Shown here in pieces: positions 1-9,810 of a stretch of DNA of 64,000 nt; the first letter of the stretch is position 1, and every line of letters starts with the position of its first letter. The position numbers were made by a program, and so were the translations under genes. The stretch is from Bradymonadales bacterium (GTDB taxonomy: Bacteria; Bdellovibrionota; UBA2394), in the NCBI GenBank assembly GCA_007693605.1, contig REDG01000024.1, positions 77,013-141,012 of the forward strand, in the 5' to 3' direction. Below the pieces are notes generated by a model. The model searched no databases, was not told the DNA's origin, and saw nothing but the letters and a program-made list of their open reading frames with translations.

Positions 1-1
1 A

Positions 2-2347
2 GCAGAGACCGAAGATGAAGAGTCAAGCCGAGACGACTGGATGGCAATCGGAGATATCTACAATTCGTTTCAAAATCAGTGCTTTCAAGCGGGCTGGATT
101 GACTTTGGGGATGCCGTACTTGGAGCAACCCGACTTTTGAAAGACTACCCTGCGGTGAGAAGTCTTGTACAAAAAGAGTATGATGCGATTCTCGTTGATG
201 AGTTTCAAGATACCAATTGGTCTCAAGTTCAATTGATCAGAAATCTGGCTAACGAAAACTGTATGGTCACTGGAGTCGGCGACGACGATCAATCGATCTA
301 CCAATTTAGAGGAGCTTCTTACTCAGCATTTAAATTTTTTGAGGAGGCCTTCCCCGACTTAGAAGTCATTGAACTCAATGAAAGCTATCGCCTTCCGCCT
401 GCCGTGGTCGAAGCCTCTTCTCGCTTGATCGCCGCCAATGCTGAAGATCGATTCCGGCCTGAAAAGAAAATCGTATCTGTCAAAAGTTCGAGTGAACCCA
501 TCGTCAGTCTGCAAGCCACTCAGTTTGAACAGGAGGCCTTGTGGATCTGCGATCAGATTCAAGACTTGATCGAGAAGGGCTGTAGTCCAAACGAGATTGC
601 GGTCTTGGGGCGCTCTCACAACCATCTCAAACACTTCATTGTGGAAGCTCAATCGAGAAATATTCCGGTCGTCGCAAAGTCCACCGAGGCCCTATTCGAC
701 GATGACATCATCAAAGACTTGATTTGCCTGCTTCGGCTGATTCTGAACCCCCACCACCCAATAAGCCTCTTTCGCCTTTTGGATAGCCCGATACTGAAGC
801 TCTCAGCCGACGAGATCTACTCTCTTGCGCGTTGGGTAGATAAGTCGAAAGAACCTCTCTTCGAAAAGTTTTCGGAGATTTCAGAAAGCTTCCTCACGAC
901 AGAACATCAGCAAAGGCTCAACACTTTCTACAACGCCATTCGAAATCTTAGTACCCGCTCTTATCGAGATTCTGCGAGCCACCTTCTGATGACTTTCTTT
1001 TATGAGTTCCCCTTTCTCAAAGAGCTTCTAAAGGATTCCCCTAGCGAGATCCGAAAGATTGCCAATTTTGTAAACCAGCTCAAGGCTTGGGAGCTTGTTC
1101 AATCAGATCAAAGCCTTGCCACCACCTTCCCCCTTCTTGAAGCGATTTCTAAGCGAGAGATTCAACTTCAGGATGAGGATCAAATTGAAATGGCCTTACC
1201 AGAAGCGGTTCGAGCTCTAAGCGTTCATGCCAGTAAGGGGCTTGAGTTTGACCATGTGTTCATCGTCTCTCTCGTCGGCAGACGATTTCCGAAACAGCGT
1301 CAGGGACTCAAATGGGAGCTCCCGCAAGAACTCAGCCGAGAAAAAACGGAAAGCAAGAAAGCCCACGAACAAGAGGAGCGGCGCCTCTTGTATGTCGGGA
1401 TGACACGAGCCAAAGAGAAGCTCACTCTTTGTAGCGTATCGAAGAAGTCTACGAAGCCGAGCGTTTTCCTAACCAAGGATATTGCTGATTCTTTGAAGAA
1501 CCCGAAAGTAGCCAGATGCATTGAGTTGCCAGAGTTTGACGAATCTCAATGGCTTCAACAGCTGACTCGACCCCCGTTCTCGCGACAACGGGCGGCAGAA
1601 AAGAGACGGCCTGTAGAGGGTGGGCTAAGGCTTTCGTTCACGCAACTTGATTGCTACGAGAAGTGTCCGCAACAGTATTGGTTCAAGTTTGAAGCGAAAC
1701 TGCCAGAACCAGAGTCGTCGGCGCTTTTGGTCGGCTCTATTGTACATCAGTGCTTAGAGAAATTTTTTGACAAAGACAGGACAGAGAGCATCGACTCATG
1801 CCTTGAAGACTTTGATAAAAAGTTTGATGAGCGCCTCAAAAGAACGGCAGTTTTGACAGAGCGAGATCGACAGCTCGGAAAAACTGGAATTGAAACTTAT
1901 CTCAAATCAGAAGTGGAATTGAAACCAAAAGTGGTCGCCGTCGAGAAGCAATTTGATTTGATGGTCGGAGAGCATTTGCTTAAGGGGAAAATTGATCGCG
2001 TGGACGAAACGGAAGGCGGATATCGTGTCATCGACTATAAGACCGGAAAAGGAAAGGAAGACGGAGACAAGGCGGCAGAGAGAGCCGCTAAGTCCTCTCT
2101 TCAGTTTTCGATCTACGCTCTCGCAGCTAAAGAATGTTTCAATTGGGAAGTAAAAGATTTTGCCTTTCATTATATCTACTCAAACCAGAAGTTGCATACG
2201 GAACGCTCTGACTCTGACTTGAAAAAAACGAAAGAAAGAATTCTTCAATTGGCTGAGCAGATAAAAGCTCAAGACTTCGGTCCGCGGCCGGAGAAGATGA
2301 AGTGTGGCTACTGTCCGTTTAGGGAGCTCTGTCCGGATGCAGCCTGA
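2..2347 (+). CDS. UvrD/PcrA-family (SF1) helicase fused to a C-terminal PD-(D/E)xK nuclease with an Fe-S-type Cys set (AddA/AdnB-like); 5' partial
   Basis: Helicase motifs LVDEFQDTN, VGDDDQSIYQFRGA, SYR, VHASKGLEF, EERRLLYVGMTRAK; nuclease motifs LSFTQL..CP, GKIDRVD, IDYKTG and terminal CGYCPFRELC. Frame is open back to base 2 and Walker A is absent, so the start lies upstream of the window. Confidence 0.9.
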   Translation, partial: AETEDEESSRDDWMAIGDIYNSFQNQCFQAGWIDFGDAVLGATRLLKDYPAVRSLVQKEYDAILVDEFQDTNWSQVQLIRNLANENCMVTGVGDDDQSIYQFRGASYSAFKFFEEAFPDLEVIELNESYRLPPAVVEASSRLIAANAEDRFRPEKKIVSVKSSSEPIVSLQATQFEQEALWICDQIQDLIEKGCSPNEIAVLGRSHNHLKHFIVEAQSRNIPVVAKSTEALFDDDIIKDLICLLRLILNPHHPISLFRLLDSPILKLSADEIYSLARWVDKSKEPLFEKFSEISESFLTTEHQQRLNTFYNAIRNLSTRSYRDSASHLLMTFFYEFPFLKELLKDSPSEIRKIANFVNQLKAWELVQSDQSLATTFPLLEAISKREIQLQDEDQIEMALPEAVRALSVHASKGLEFDHVFIVSLVGRRFPKQRQGLKWELPQELSREKTESKKAHEQEERRLLYVGMTRAKEKLTLCSVSKKSTKPSVFLTKDIADSLKNPKVARCIELPEFDESQWLQQLTRPPFSRQRAAEKRRPVEGGLRLSFTQLDCYEKCPQQYWFKFEAKLPEPESSALLVGSIVHQCLEKFFDKDRTESIDSCLEDFDKKFDERLKRTAVLTERDRQLGKTGIETYLKSEVELKPKVVAVEKQFDLMVGEHLLKGKIDRVDETEGGYRVIDYKTGKGKEDGDKAAERAAKSSLQFSIYALAAKECFNWEVKDFAFHYIYSNQKLHTERSDSDLKKTKERILQLAEQIKAQDFGPRPEKMKCGYCPFRELCPDAA

Positions 2348-2780
2348 AACTGTAGAGGACTGTCTGCGGGCCGCCCGAAATCTCTTGAGTATTCGAGAAC
2401 ACTCAAAGTGGGAATTGGCTCGAAAGCTTTCTCAACGGCGTTTTTCAAAGGCCGTGATTGCAGAAAGTCTGAACGCTCTTGAAGAAGAGGGCAGTCTTTC
2501 TGAGACTCGATATCTTCGAGAGAAAGTGCGATCCTTGATTCTCAAGAACTACGGCCCAAGCTATATCGAACTGTATCTGAAAGAGAGGGGGCTTCAGCTA
2601 CCCCAAAGCCTATTAATGGAAGTCTACGATCAGCTTGATCTGAGCCCTGAACAGCAAATCAAAAACTTTCTGGAGCGAAACAGCAGTCTGGATACACAGA
2701 AAGTTGAGGCCCGTTTGTGGCGTCGGGGTTTCAAGATGGAGCACATCAGAAACAGTCTCAAAGACCTGGAAGCTTTTTGA
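2337..2780 (+). CDS. recX: Regulatory protein RecX
   Basis: A..LLSIREHSKWELARKL, YGPSYI...LKERG and RLWRRGF match the RecX pattern; ATG at 2337 overlaps the helicase 3' end (ORF track start 2304 is less likely). Confidence 0.75.
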   Translation: MQPETVEDCLRAARNLLSIREHSKWELARKLSQRRFSKAVIAESLNALEEEGSLSETRYLREKVRSLILKNYGPSYIELYLKERGLQLPQSLLMEVYDQLDLSPEQQIKNFLERNSSLDTQKVEARLWRRGFKMEHIRNSLKDLEAF

Positions 2781-3435
2781 GAATCTCGTCCTTTACTAGA
2801 ATCAGCTCGTCCGGCCGAGAAAGCATCCAATCGGGTGTAGCACTCCGAAAGTGTTCTTTCCCACCGAATCCGTAAACCGCAGCCACTGCCTTGAGACCCC
2901 CAGCACGCGCCGCTTCGATGTCGTGAACACTATCGCCGATATAAACACTTCGTTTAGGTTCTCGACTCAAAATCTCTAGCGATCTCAGCAGGATTTCAGG
3001 CGAAGGCTTGTATTGCATTCCAGGATCGGTGCCCTGAACATGATCAAAAAAATGATGAATCTTTAGTTTTTTCAGAACTCGGTTCGCCTGCGGACTGTCT
3101 TTAGTGGTGGCAACGCCGAGGCTGAAGAATCCCTTTAAAAACTCCAAGCTCTCAGGCACCCCCGGATAGAGTTCGACACAAGACTCTCCTTCTCGTTCAT
3201 GAAAATCTCTAAAGTATTCGATGAACTCCTTTGTAAGAGTTTCAGTGGGCACAATCCCGTGCTTTGCTAGGTTAGAGCGAAGAGTGGTTGCAAGATCTTG
3301 CTGGGTCGCTTTCAAAGGATCATAAGCTAAGTCGCCGTAGCCGATTTTATCGAGAGCATGGTCTAAGGAATTTAAAAGACACTGGCGAGAATCCGCCAGT
3401 GTCCCATCAAGGTCAAATAGAAAGGCCGTCCCCAT
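2758..3435 (-). CDS. HAD-superfamily hydrolase (phosphoglycolate phosphatase-like)
   Basis: FDLDGTL motif I, ATTK, KPSPE, IGDSVHDIEAA. Confidence 0.9.
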   Translation of the reverse strand: MGTAFLFDLDGTLADSRQCLLNSLDHALDKIGYGDLAYDPLKATQQDLATTLRSNLAKHGIVPTETLTKEFIEYFRDFHEREGESCVELYPGVPESLEFLKGFFSLGVATTKDSPQANRVLKKLKIHHFFDHVQGTDPGMQYKPSPEILLRSLEILSREPKRSVYIGDSVHDIEAARAGGLKAVAAVYGFGGKEHFRSATPDWMLSRPDELILVKDEILKKLPGL

Positions 3436-3798
3436 TTATTGAGCAATGAAGGAGCCCAGGTTCCAAGCCACCGAAATCAGAACAATTGTCCCGACCAGAA
3501 AGAAGACATCAGACATTCGTTCCACCCATTTCGGACTAACCCTCTGCGCCACATACGAAACCAGAGCGGAAAGACAAAACAAGATGGTGGCCAAGGCCAA
3601 CCAAGACTGCACGACCTGCAGTCTTTCCATCACAGAAGTGGATGCGAAAACGAGAGCGATCAAGGATAGGCCCCCGCCATTGATTGCACTTGTCAAAAGG
3701 GGCCTTTGACCCCGACCACCACGCGGTGAATGCCCAGATCGATTTCTTTGATACCGATTTCGATTCCGGTTTCCATAATTTCGTTGTTCATCTGCCAT
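3436..3798 (-). CDS. Small membrane protein with an Arg/Asn-rich N-terminus and about 3 TM helices
   Basis: In operon orientation, abuts the HAD gene, GAGG upstream; three hydrophobic stretches. Confidence 0.65.
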   Translation of the reverse strand: MADEQRNYGNRNRNRYQRNRSGHSPRGGRGQRPLLTSAINGGGLSLIALVFASTSVMERLQVVQSWLALATILFCLSALVSYVAQRVSPKWVERMSDVFFLVGTIVLISVAWNLGSFIAQ

Positions 3799-3838
3799 AG
3801 TATTTATTTCCTCTTACTTTCATTCAGTTTTCCTTACC

Positions 3839-4744
3839 TTAGACCTTATGATAGTAAAGATGTTTTGGGGCCGATCGGTAAAGCTTTGATTTCAAAGGAT
3901 TTTTTAAATGAGTCTCTAGCCAAGCCGCCGTCGTTAAAAGCTCTTCTAAAGAAATCCCTGTTTCAAACCCCAGGCCTTCTAAAAGCCAGATCACCTCTTC
4001 ACTTGCGACATTTCCAGAGGCCCCGGCTGCATACGGACAGCCCCCTAAGCCACCAACCGAGCCATCAAATATGCGAACTTCAGACTCCAAGGTGGCTAAG
4101 ATATTTGCAAGTGCCGCACCTCTTGTATCGTGAAAGTGAGCCGCCACATTCTTAACCGAAAGCTCGGACCTAAAGTCTTTCCAGAACTCTCGAACTTGAC
4201 GAGGGTGGGCCACCCCGATGGTATCCCCCAGCGAAACCTCATCACAGCCCATCTGAAAGAGCCTCTTCGTTAGTTCGATCGCTGATGTCACAGACTGTCT
4301 ACCCTCATAGGGACAACCAAAGACGGTGGACAAATAACCCCGAATCCTCATCTTGCGATCTTTCGCCTCTCGAGAAATCTCTTCGAAGACTCTCATAGAG
4401 TCATCAATACTCATCCTAATGTTCTTCTGAACAAAGGCTTCACTCGTGGCGGTAAACAGAGCGATCGACCGAACTCCCGCCGTCACTGCGCGATCAAAAC
4501 CCTTTCTGTTTGGGACTAAAAAACTAAGATCAACGGCCTTAGACTTCAAAGCCTCGAATACTTTCTCAGAGTCCTGCATTTGAGGAATCGCCTTTGGTGA
4601 AACAAAACTCCCGGCTTCTAAACTCTCAACCCCGCAATTGACAAGCCGTTCAATCAATTCGATTCGAAAGTCTAGACTAAATGACTCCGTTTGATTCTGG
4701 AGGCCATCTCGAGGCCCCACTTCGACGAACTTAATCTTCTCCAT
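3839..4744 (-). CDS. liuE: Hydroxymethylglutaryl-CoA lyase
   Basis: EVGPRDGLQN, HFHDTRG, GGLGGCPYA.GASGNVA; operon context. Confidence 0.95.
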   Translation of the reverse strand: MEKIKFVEVGPRDGLQNQTESFSLDFRIELIERLVNCGVESLEAGSFVSPKAIPQMQDSEKVFEALKSKAVDLSFLVPNRKGFDRAVTAGVRSIALFTATSEAFVQKNIRMSIDDSMRVFEEISREAKDRKMRIRGYLSTVFGCPYEGRQSVTSAIELTKRLFQMGCDEVSLGDTIGVAHPRQVREFWKDFRSELSVKNVAAHFHDTRGAALANILATLESEVRIFDGSVGGLGGCPYAAGASGNVASEEVIWLLEGLGFETGISLEELLTTAAWLETHLKNPLKSKLYRSAPKHLYYHKV

Positions 4745-6545
4745 CGAGATCTCCCAGTTCTAGCAAGACAGACTCCGGCAAAACTTGCTGTCCCTCGCTC
4801 ACAAATATTCGCTTCACAACACAATCGCGTTTCGCACGAATCTGATGCTCCATCTTCATTGCTTCTAGGCTTATCAGGGGCCGCCCCTTCGAAACCACTT
4901 CGCCCTCAGAGCAGCTGATTTTCAAAATCTTCGAAGGCATGGGACTACGAATCTCCGACTCCGTTTGGTCTGAAGAACTTTCTGTTTCGGCTACAGCCTT
5001 AGCGGGCCCAATCTCCTCTGACCAATCGGCAAAGCTTGGAAAGAAGTAGCGTCGTCCGTCAAAATCGGCCCACCAATCAGCCTCCTGATTGTTCTGACCG
5101 CATCCGCCCCAGGGAGAGTAAAGATCCAAATCCTCCGTCTCTGCGTCTGGGTCTGTGACATTCTGGCCGGGCCCGGTTGCACCCAATTGCCTGATCCACC
5201 GAATTGCCTCCAGATAATCAAACTGGGCGGGAAAGGCAGATAAAAACTGGGTGGAAATCTCACCCCGCTCAAAAGCATTACTCTTTAAGATCTGGATCAA
5301 ATAGGCTCGATTCGTTTTTGGCCCCACACAAACCAAGCCCTCTAAGGCTCTCAGTAAAATCTCTGTGGCTTCTTTTCTGGTCTCTCCAACAGAAATCAAT
5401 TTGCCCAACAGGGAATCAAACTCGGAACTCACTATGTTTCCCGTTCGGTAGCCAAAATCGGCGCGAACCTCCTCTGGCAGATCAAGTCGATAAATCTTCC
5501 CCCCAGACGGAAGAAATTCTTGGGCTGGATCCTCAGCGCAAAGACGAACCTCAATACTGTGATTCTTTTGTTCAGGGACCCTCTCCGGGAACTCTTGATG
5601 CAGAGCAAGCTTCAGCTGCCACTCCACCAAGTCTATTCCAAATGTCTCTTCGGTCACCGGATGCTCGACTTGCAAGCGCGTGTTCATTTCCAAGAAATAG
5701 ATCTGATCGGAGCCGTCCCACAACCACTCCAAGGTGCCTGCGGAACGATACTTCAAATGAGTCGCTAGCTTCTCTGACTCTCGCATCAGACGAAGTCTGA
5801 CTTCAGGAGAGAGAAACCGACACGGACTCTCTTCAACAAGCTTCTGATGTCGTCTCTGCAGCGAACATTCTCTCTCCCCCAAAGCAAGAATCTTACCTTC
5901 CCCATCTCCAAAAACCTGCACTTCAATATGACGGGCCGATTCGACATACTTCTCTAAGAGAACTCGATCGTCTTGAAAGCTTGCTTGCGCCACCCGTCTC
6001 GATGACTGAACCGCTTCCCAAAGATCTTCAGGTCGGTCAACGCGAATCATGCCCTTGCCACCGCCACCCGCCGCCGGCTTGATCAATACCGGATATCCGA
6101 TTTGATTTGCCGCGCGCTCAAAATCAGCTTGCTTCGCCTCAGAAAGCTCGAAGCTCTCAACCAGTGGAATCTGAAGTTGTCGAAGGAGCTCTTTTGACTT
6201 CTGCTTATCCCCCAAAGCCAAAATAGAATCCGCTCTTGGCCCGACAAAACCCAGCCCAGCATGCTCCAAACTCTCTACAAAAGCCGCGTTTTCAGAGAGA
6301 AACCCATAGCCGGGATGCAAATGCGTACAAGCCTCGTTTTTTGCAATCTGTATGAGTCGCGCCCCATCCAGATAAGCCCCGCGAGGGGGCTCTGCTTCAA
6401 GACAAATCGCCTGGTCTGCCTCTCGAACAAAAGGCAAATCTGAATCGATCGGATGGTAAACCACAAGAGTCGGAATTCTGAGCCTCTTTGCCGTCCTTAA
6501 AACTCTAGACGCAATTTCAGCTCGGTTGGCAACCAAGAGTCTCAT
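4731..6545 (-). CDS. liuD: 3-methylcrotonyl-CoA carboxylase alpha subunit (biotin carboxylase + biotin carrier)
   Basis: LVANRAEIA, HPGYGFLSEN, GGGGKGM, ECSLQRRHQK, EMNTRLQVEHPVTE, biotinylation motif EAMKME. Confidence 0.9.
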   Translation of the reverse strand: MRLLVANRAEIASRVLRTAKRLRIPTLVVYHPIDSDLPFVREADQAICLEAEPPRGAYLDGARLIQIAKNEACTHLHPGYGFLSENAAFVESLEHAGLGFVGPRADSILALGDKQKSKELLRQLQIPLVESFELSEAKQADFERAANQIGYPVLIKPAAGGGGKGMIRVDRPEDLWEAVQSSRRVAQASFQDDRVLLEKYVESARHIEVQVFGDGEGKILALGERECSLQRRHQKLVEESPCRFLSPEVRLRLMRESEKLATHLKYRSAGTLEWLWDGSDQIYFLEMNTRLQVEHPVTEETFGIDLVEWQLKLALHQEFPERVPEQKNHSIEVRLCAEDPAQEFLPSGGKIYRLDLPEEVRADFGYRTGNIVSSEFDSLLGKLISVGETRKEATEILLRALEGLVCVGPKTNRAYLIQILKSNAFERGEISTQFLSAFPAQFDYLEAIRWIRQLGATGPGQNVTDPDAETEDLDLYSPWGGCGQNNQEADWWADFDGRRYFFPSFADWSEEIGPAKAVAETESSSDQTESEIRSPMPSKILKISCSEGEVVSKGRPLISLEAMKMEHQIRAKRDCVVKRIFVSEGQQVLPESVLLELGDLDGED

Positions 6546-7333
6546 GGAAGAAGCTTATGTCTCCACTTCGCCTGTCGCTTCTCAAGAAAAGCTGAAATCC
6601 CCTCTTGAGCCTCATCCCCCACACGAACTTTCGAAAGCAGCTCTGAGGTCGACTCAGAAATATCTTCGTTCCAAAGAGAGCCTGACTGTAGCCTGAAAAT
6701 CAAAGACTTAGCCGTTCTCACTGCCTCTGGTCCTGAAGACTCAAACTCACGAAGGTATTCGTTTGTCACACTTAAGATCGACGAGGCGGGTACACTTTCG
6801 TGAACCAAGCCCATCGCTTTGGCTTCTTGAGAAGTGAACCTTAGGCCAGTCAGATAAAGTCTGCGAGCCTGAGAAATTCCAATTTTTCTCATCACGATGG
6901 GCCCGATGGTGGCCGGGATCAAACCCAACTTCACTTCTGACAAAGAGAACTTCGCTCTCTCATCTGCAATTACGATATCGCTCGCTGCCACCAAACCGAC
7001 GCCGCCCCCAAAGGCCCCTCCCTTTACAATGCTCATCACGGGAATCGGGCACTCGTTCACAAAGCGAAGCATCTTTCCTAACTTCAGGGCATCCTCTCTG
7101 TTTTCTTCCACAGATTTCTCTACCGAGCTCTTCATCCAGTTGAGGTCTCCCCCCGCACAATAAAAGTCTCCACTTCCCTTGAGGACAACAACTCTGACAG
7201 TTTGAGGCAGCTTCTTAAAACAATCCGCCAACTCTTGAATCATCACCTCATTCATGGCGTTCTTAAACTCAGGACGGTTCAGAACAATATGTCGAACAAG
7301 TTCTCGGTCTTCAATCTGGATGGTCTGATACAT
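6542..7333 (-). CDS. liuC: Enoyl-CoA hydratase (methylglutaconyl-CoA hydratase)
   Basis: LNRPE.KNA, CAGGDLNWM, GGGVGL, SEVKLGLIP; lies between the carboxylase subunits. Confidence 0.9.
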   Translation of the reverse strand: MYQTIQIEDRELVRHIVLNRPEFKNAMNEVMIQELADCFKKLPQTVRVVVLKGSGDFYCAGGDLNWMKSSVEKSVEENREDALKLGKMLRFVNECPIPVMSIVKGGAFGGGVGLVAASDIVIADERAKFSLSEVKLGLIPATIGPIVMRKIGISQARRLYLTGLRFTSQEAKAMGLVHESVPASSILSVTNEYLREFESSGPEAVRTAKSLIFRLQSGSLWNEDISESTSELLSKVRVGDEAQEGISAFLEKRQAKWRHKLLP

Positions 7334-7350
7334 ATTGACACACTCAACTT

Positions 7351-8934
7351 CTACATTCGAAATACACCAAAACGAGTCTCTGAAATTTCAGAATTTAAAC
7401 TCGCCGACAAGGCCAGCCCCAAAATTTCTCTCGTCGAGACGGGAGAAATCACTCCATCATCCCAAAGTCTGGCAGTCGAGTAGTAGGCGCTTCCCTCATG
7501 ATCATATTTCTTACGAATTTCTGACTTAAACTTCTCTTCCTCTGTTTTATCTGACTGGTTTTTTACTTCCCATAAAACATGGGCAGCCTGCTCCCCTCCC
7601 ATCACTGAAATTTTTGAGTTTGGCCACGTAAAAAGAAAGCGTGGCTGATAGGCCCTTCCACACATCCCATAGTTTCCCGCACCGAACGAGCCCCCGATCA
7701 CCACCGTGATCTTTGGCACCTGAGCTGCCGAAACAGCCGCCACGAGTTTGGCTCCATCTTTGGCAATGCCGCCCGCCTCATAGGAAGAGCCCACCATAAA
7801 GCCCGTAATGTTCTGAAAGAAGAGAAGCGGAATTTTTCTCTGGCAACAGAGTTCAATAAAATGAGCCCCCTTAAGGGCCGACTCGGAAAACAGAATTCCG
7901 TTATTCGCCAAGATCCCGACAGGATAGCCATGAAGCCGGGAAAATGCGCAGACCAAAGAACTCCCGTAGAGTTCTTTGAACTCCTCAAACTCTGATCCAT
8001 CCACCAATCGAGCCAAAATCTCTCGCACATCAAATGGCTGTCTCAGATCTTTGGGTAAGATTCCTAAAATCTCTTCAGCTGAGTAGACGGGATCTCTAGG
8101 TTTGTGCGCGACTACTGGCAACCTCTTCCGGCGGTTAAACTGGCTAACCAATCTTCGTGCTAGATCAATGGCCTCTTCATCACTGCCCGCCATATAATCC
8201 GAAACCCCACTCTTTCGACAATGCACATCTGCACCCCCAAGGCTTTCAGCGTCAATCTCTTCTCCTGTGGCGGCTTTCACAAGTGGAGGCCCCCCAAGAA
8301 AAATGGTCGACTGGTTCTTCACCATAATGACTTCATCGCTCATGGCCGGAACATAAGCCCCCCCCGCTGTACAACTTCCCAACACCACCGCGAGTTGAGG
8401 AATGCCCTTCGCCGACATCTGTGCTTGATAATAAAAGATTCGTCCGAAGTGGTCTCGATCAGGAAAGACTTCCGCCTGCAATGGCAAATAGGCTCCACCC
8501 GAATCGACCAAGGCAATGCAAGGAAGATTATTCTCTAGAGCGATTTCTTGAGCCCGAAGATGCTTTTTGACCGTCATGGGGAAGTAGGTGCCCCCCTTTA
8601 CCGTCGCATCGTTTGCAATGATCATCACTTCGATACCGGACACTCGACCAATTCCAGTGACAATTCCCCCTGCCGGAGCGGCTGATTCATAGAGTTCGTG
8701 AGCCGCCAATGGAGAAAGCTCTAGAAAGGGAGAGCCCGGATCTAACAGGCGACGAATTCGATCTCTTACAAAAAGCTTCGAGCGAGCCTCATGTTTCTTC
8801 CGCTTTTCCTCGCCCCCGCCTTGAGCCGCTCTTTCAACAAGGGACTTCAGCTCGGAAGATAAGCTTTTGTGGTGCTCCAGATTCGATTGAAATTCTGGAG
8901 AACTCGTGTCAACTTCAGAGTTCCACTCGTTCAT
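7351..8934 (-). CDS. liuB: 3-methylcrotonyl-CoA carboxylase beta subunit (carboxyltransferase)
   Basis: [57 protein letters not shown] terminus. Confidence 0.95.
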   Translation of the reverse strand: MNEWNSEVDTSSPEFQSNLEHHKSLSSELKSLVERAAQGGGEEKRKKHEARSKLFVRDRIRRLLDPGSPFLELSPLAAHELYESAAPAGGIVTGIGRVSGIEVMIIANDATVKGGTYFPMTVKKHLRAQEIALENNLPCIALVDSGGAYLPLQAEVFPDRDHFGRIFYYQAQMSAKGIPQLAVVLGSCTAGGAYVPAMSDEVIMVKNQSTIFLGGPPLVKAATGEEIDAESLGGADVHCRKSGVSDYMAGSDEEAIDLARRLVSQFNRRKRLPVVAHKPRDPVYSAEEILGILPKDLRQPFDVREILARLVDGSEFEEFKELYGSSLVCAFSRLHGYPVGILANNGILFSESALKGAHFIELCCQRKIPLLFFQNITGFMVGSSYEAGGIAKDGAKLVAAVSAAQVPKITVVIGGSFGAGNYGMCGRAYQPRFLFTWPNSKISVMGGEQAAHVLWEVKNQSDKTEEEKFKSEIRKKYDHEGSAYYSTARLWDDGVISPVSTREILGLALSASLNSEISETRFGVFRM

Positions 8935-8943
8935 TCGCCTCTG

Positions 8944-8972
8944 AGGCTAAACAAATTTGAGGCGATTGACTA
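8944..8972 (-). promoter_or_regulatory. Putative sigma70 promoter of the liu operon
   Basis: TAGTCA-17 nt-TAGCCT, with the -10 box 9 nt upstream of the liuB ATG. Confidence 0.5.
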
Positions 8973-8976
8973 TCTT

Positions 8977-9690
8977 CTAAAGCTGTCGGTTTTTTTCGGA
9001 ATCTGCCGTGTTTACGGGGGCTTCGGTGTCTTGATCGGCTCGAGACTCAACATCTTGGTTCAGATCTTCGAGGAACTTGAGATGATCAATTTGGGCCGCC
9101 CTTCGCTGGGCCTTTCGGGTGTCATCTGCCACCCCCGACTCTGCCCGCGCTGAGTCAATCTTCCGACGAAGTTCTGCTATGAGGGGCTCAAAGATCCGGA
9201 TGGCATGAAGAACTTGCAGGTTTCGCATTCGAATCCTCTCGTCATCAGGCCTTGTCACATATTCAAAAACAAAGTCAGCCGTTGTATCGATCGAATCAGA
9301 AATCAAACCCAGGTCTCGGAAAACAGAACTCGCATCTCTGAGCCTTAGAAATCGCAAGCGCTCCGACTCAAGGTCTACCTGAAAGACGCTAGTCTGATTA
9401 AATCGGTTAATGGCAAACTCTTCGATGGCCCCATTAGAACCCACCACAAGCTCGACACTATAGGCGCCATCTCCGTCGCCCGATTGTTGCCGCCGCAAAG
9501 AATCGATATCCACTTCAGTGAAGAGCCGGAAAACCAAACGACGATCCCGTGAGCTGAAGAATTCGGCCCGGCTCTGAAGGGGCTCCGACAGTTGAAAGTC
9601 CGACCTGGAAGACCCGGTCTCCGCCACCAGAGGCGTGCTCCCAAAGCCCACCAAGAAACCACCAAGAATCAGTGTCATCACTCGAAACAT
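8977..9690 (-). CDS. Hypothetical secreted protein
   Basis: Signal-peptide-like MFRVMTLILGGFLVGFGSTPLVA from the ATG at 9690 with GAGAGG upstream; the ORF track TTG at 9723 falls inside the promoter. No recognised domain. Confidence 0.65.
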   Translation of the reverse strand: MFRVMTLILGGFLVGFGSTPLVAETGSSRSDFQLSEPLQSRAEFFSSRDRRLVFRLFTEVDIDSLRRQQSGDGDGAYSVELVVGSNGAIEEFAINRFNQTSVFQVDLESERLRFLRLRDASSVFRDLGLISDSIDTTADFVFEYVTRPDDERIRMRNLQVLHAIRIFEPLIAELRRKIDSARAESGVADDTRKAQRRAAQIDHLKFLEDLNQDVESRADQDTEAPVNTADSEKNRQL

Positions 9691-9719
9691 TTCTAAAATT
9701 CCTCTCAGGCCAAAATAGA

Positions 9720-9734
9720 GCAAGAGTCGTACCA
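9720..9734 (-). promoter_or_regulatory. Sigma54 (-24/-12) promoter
   Basis: Minus strand TGGTACGACTCTTGC against consensus TGGCACG-N4-TTGC, about 30 nt upstream of ATG 9690. Confidence 0.7.
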
Positions 9735-9769
9735 GAATCCCACGAGAGGCCCTCCAAAAAAAGCTGTGA

Positions 9770-9782
9770 TTTCAATGATTTA
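9770..9782. promoter_or_regulatory. IHF-like site upstream of the sigma54 promoter
   Basis: TTTCAATGATTTA against WATCAANNNNTTR (1 mismatch), next to an A-tract, at a position typical for sigma54 promoters. Confidence 0.45.
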
Positions 9783-9810
9783 TCCAATGCACGAAGTCAA
9801 AAACCACAGC

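Noticed and set aside
1620..2347. Stand-alone cas4
   Set aside because: The PD-(D/E)xK domain is fused in frame to a UvrD helicase and has no CRISPR context.
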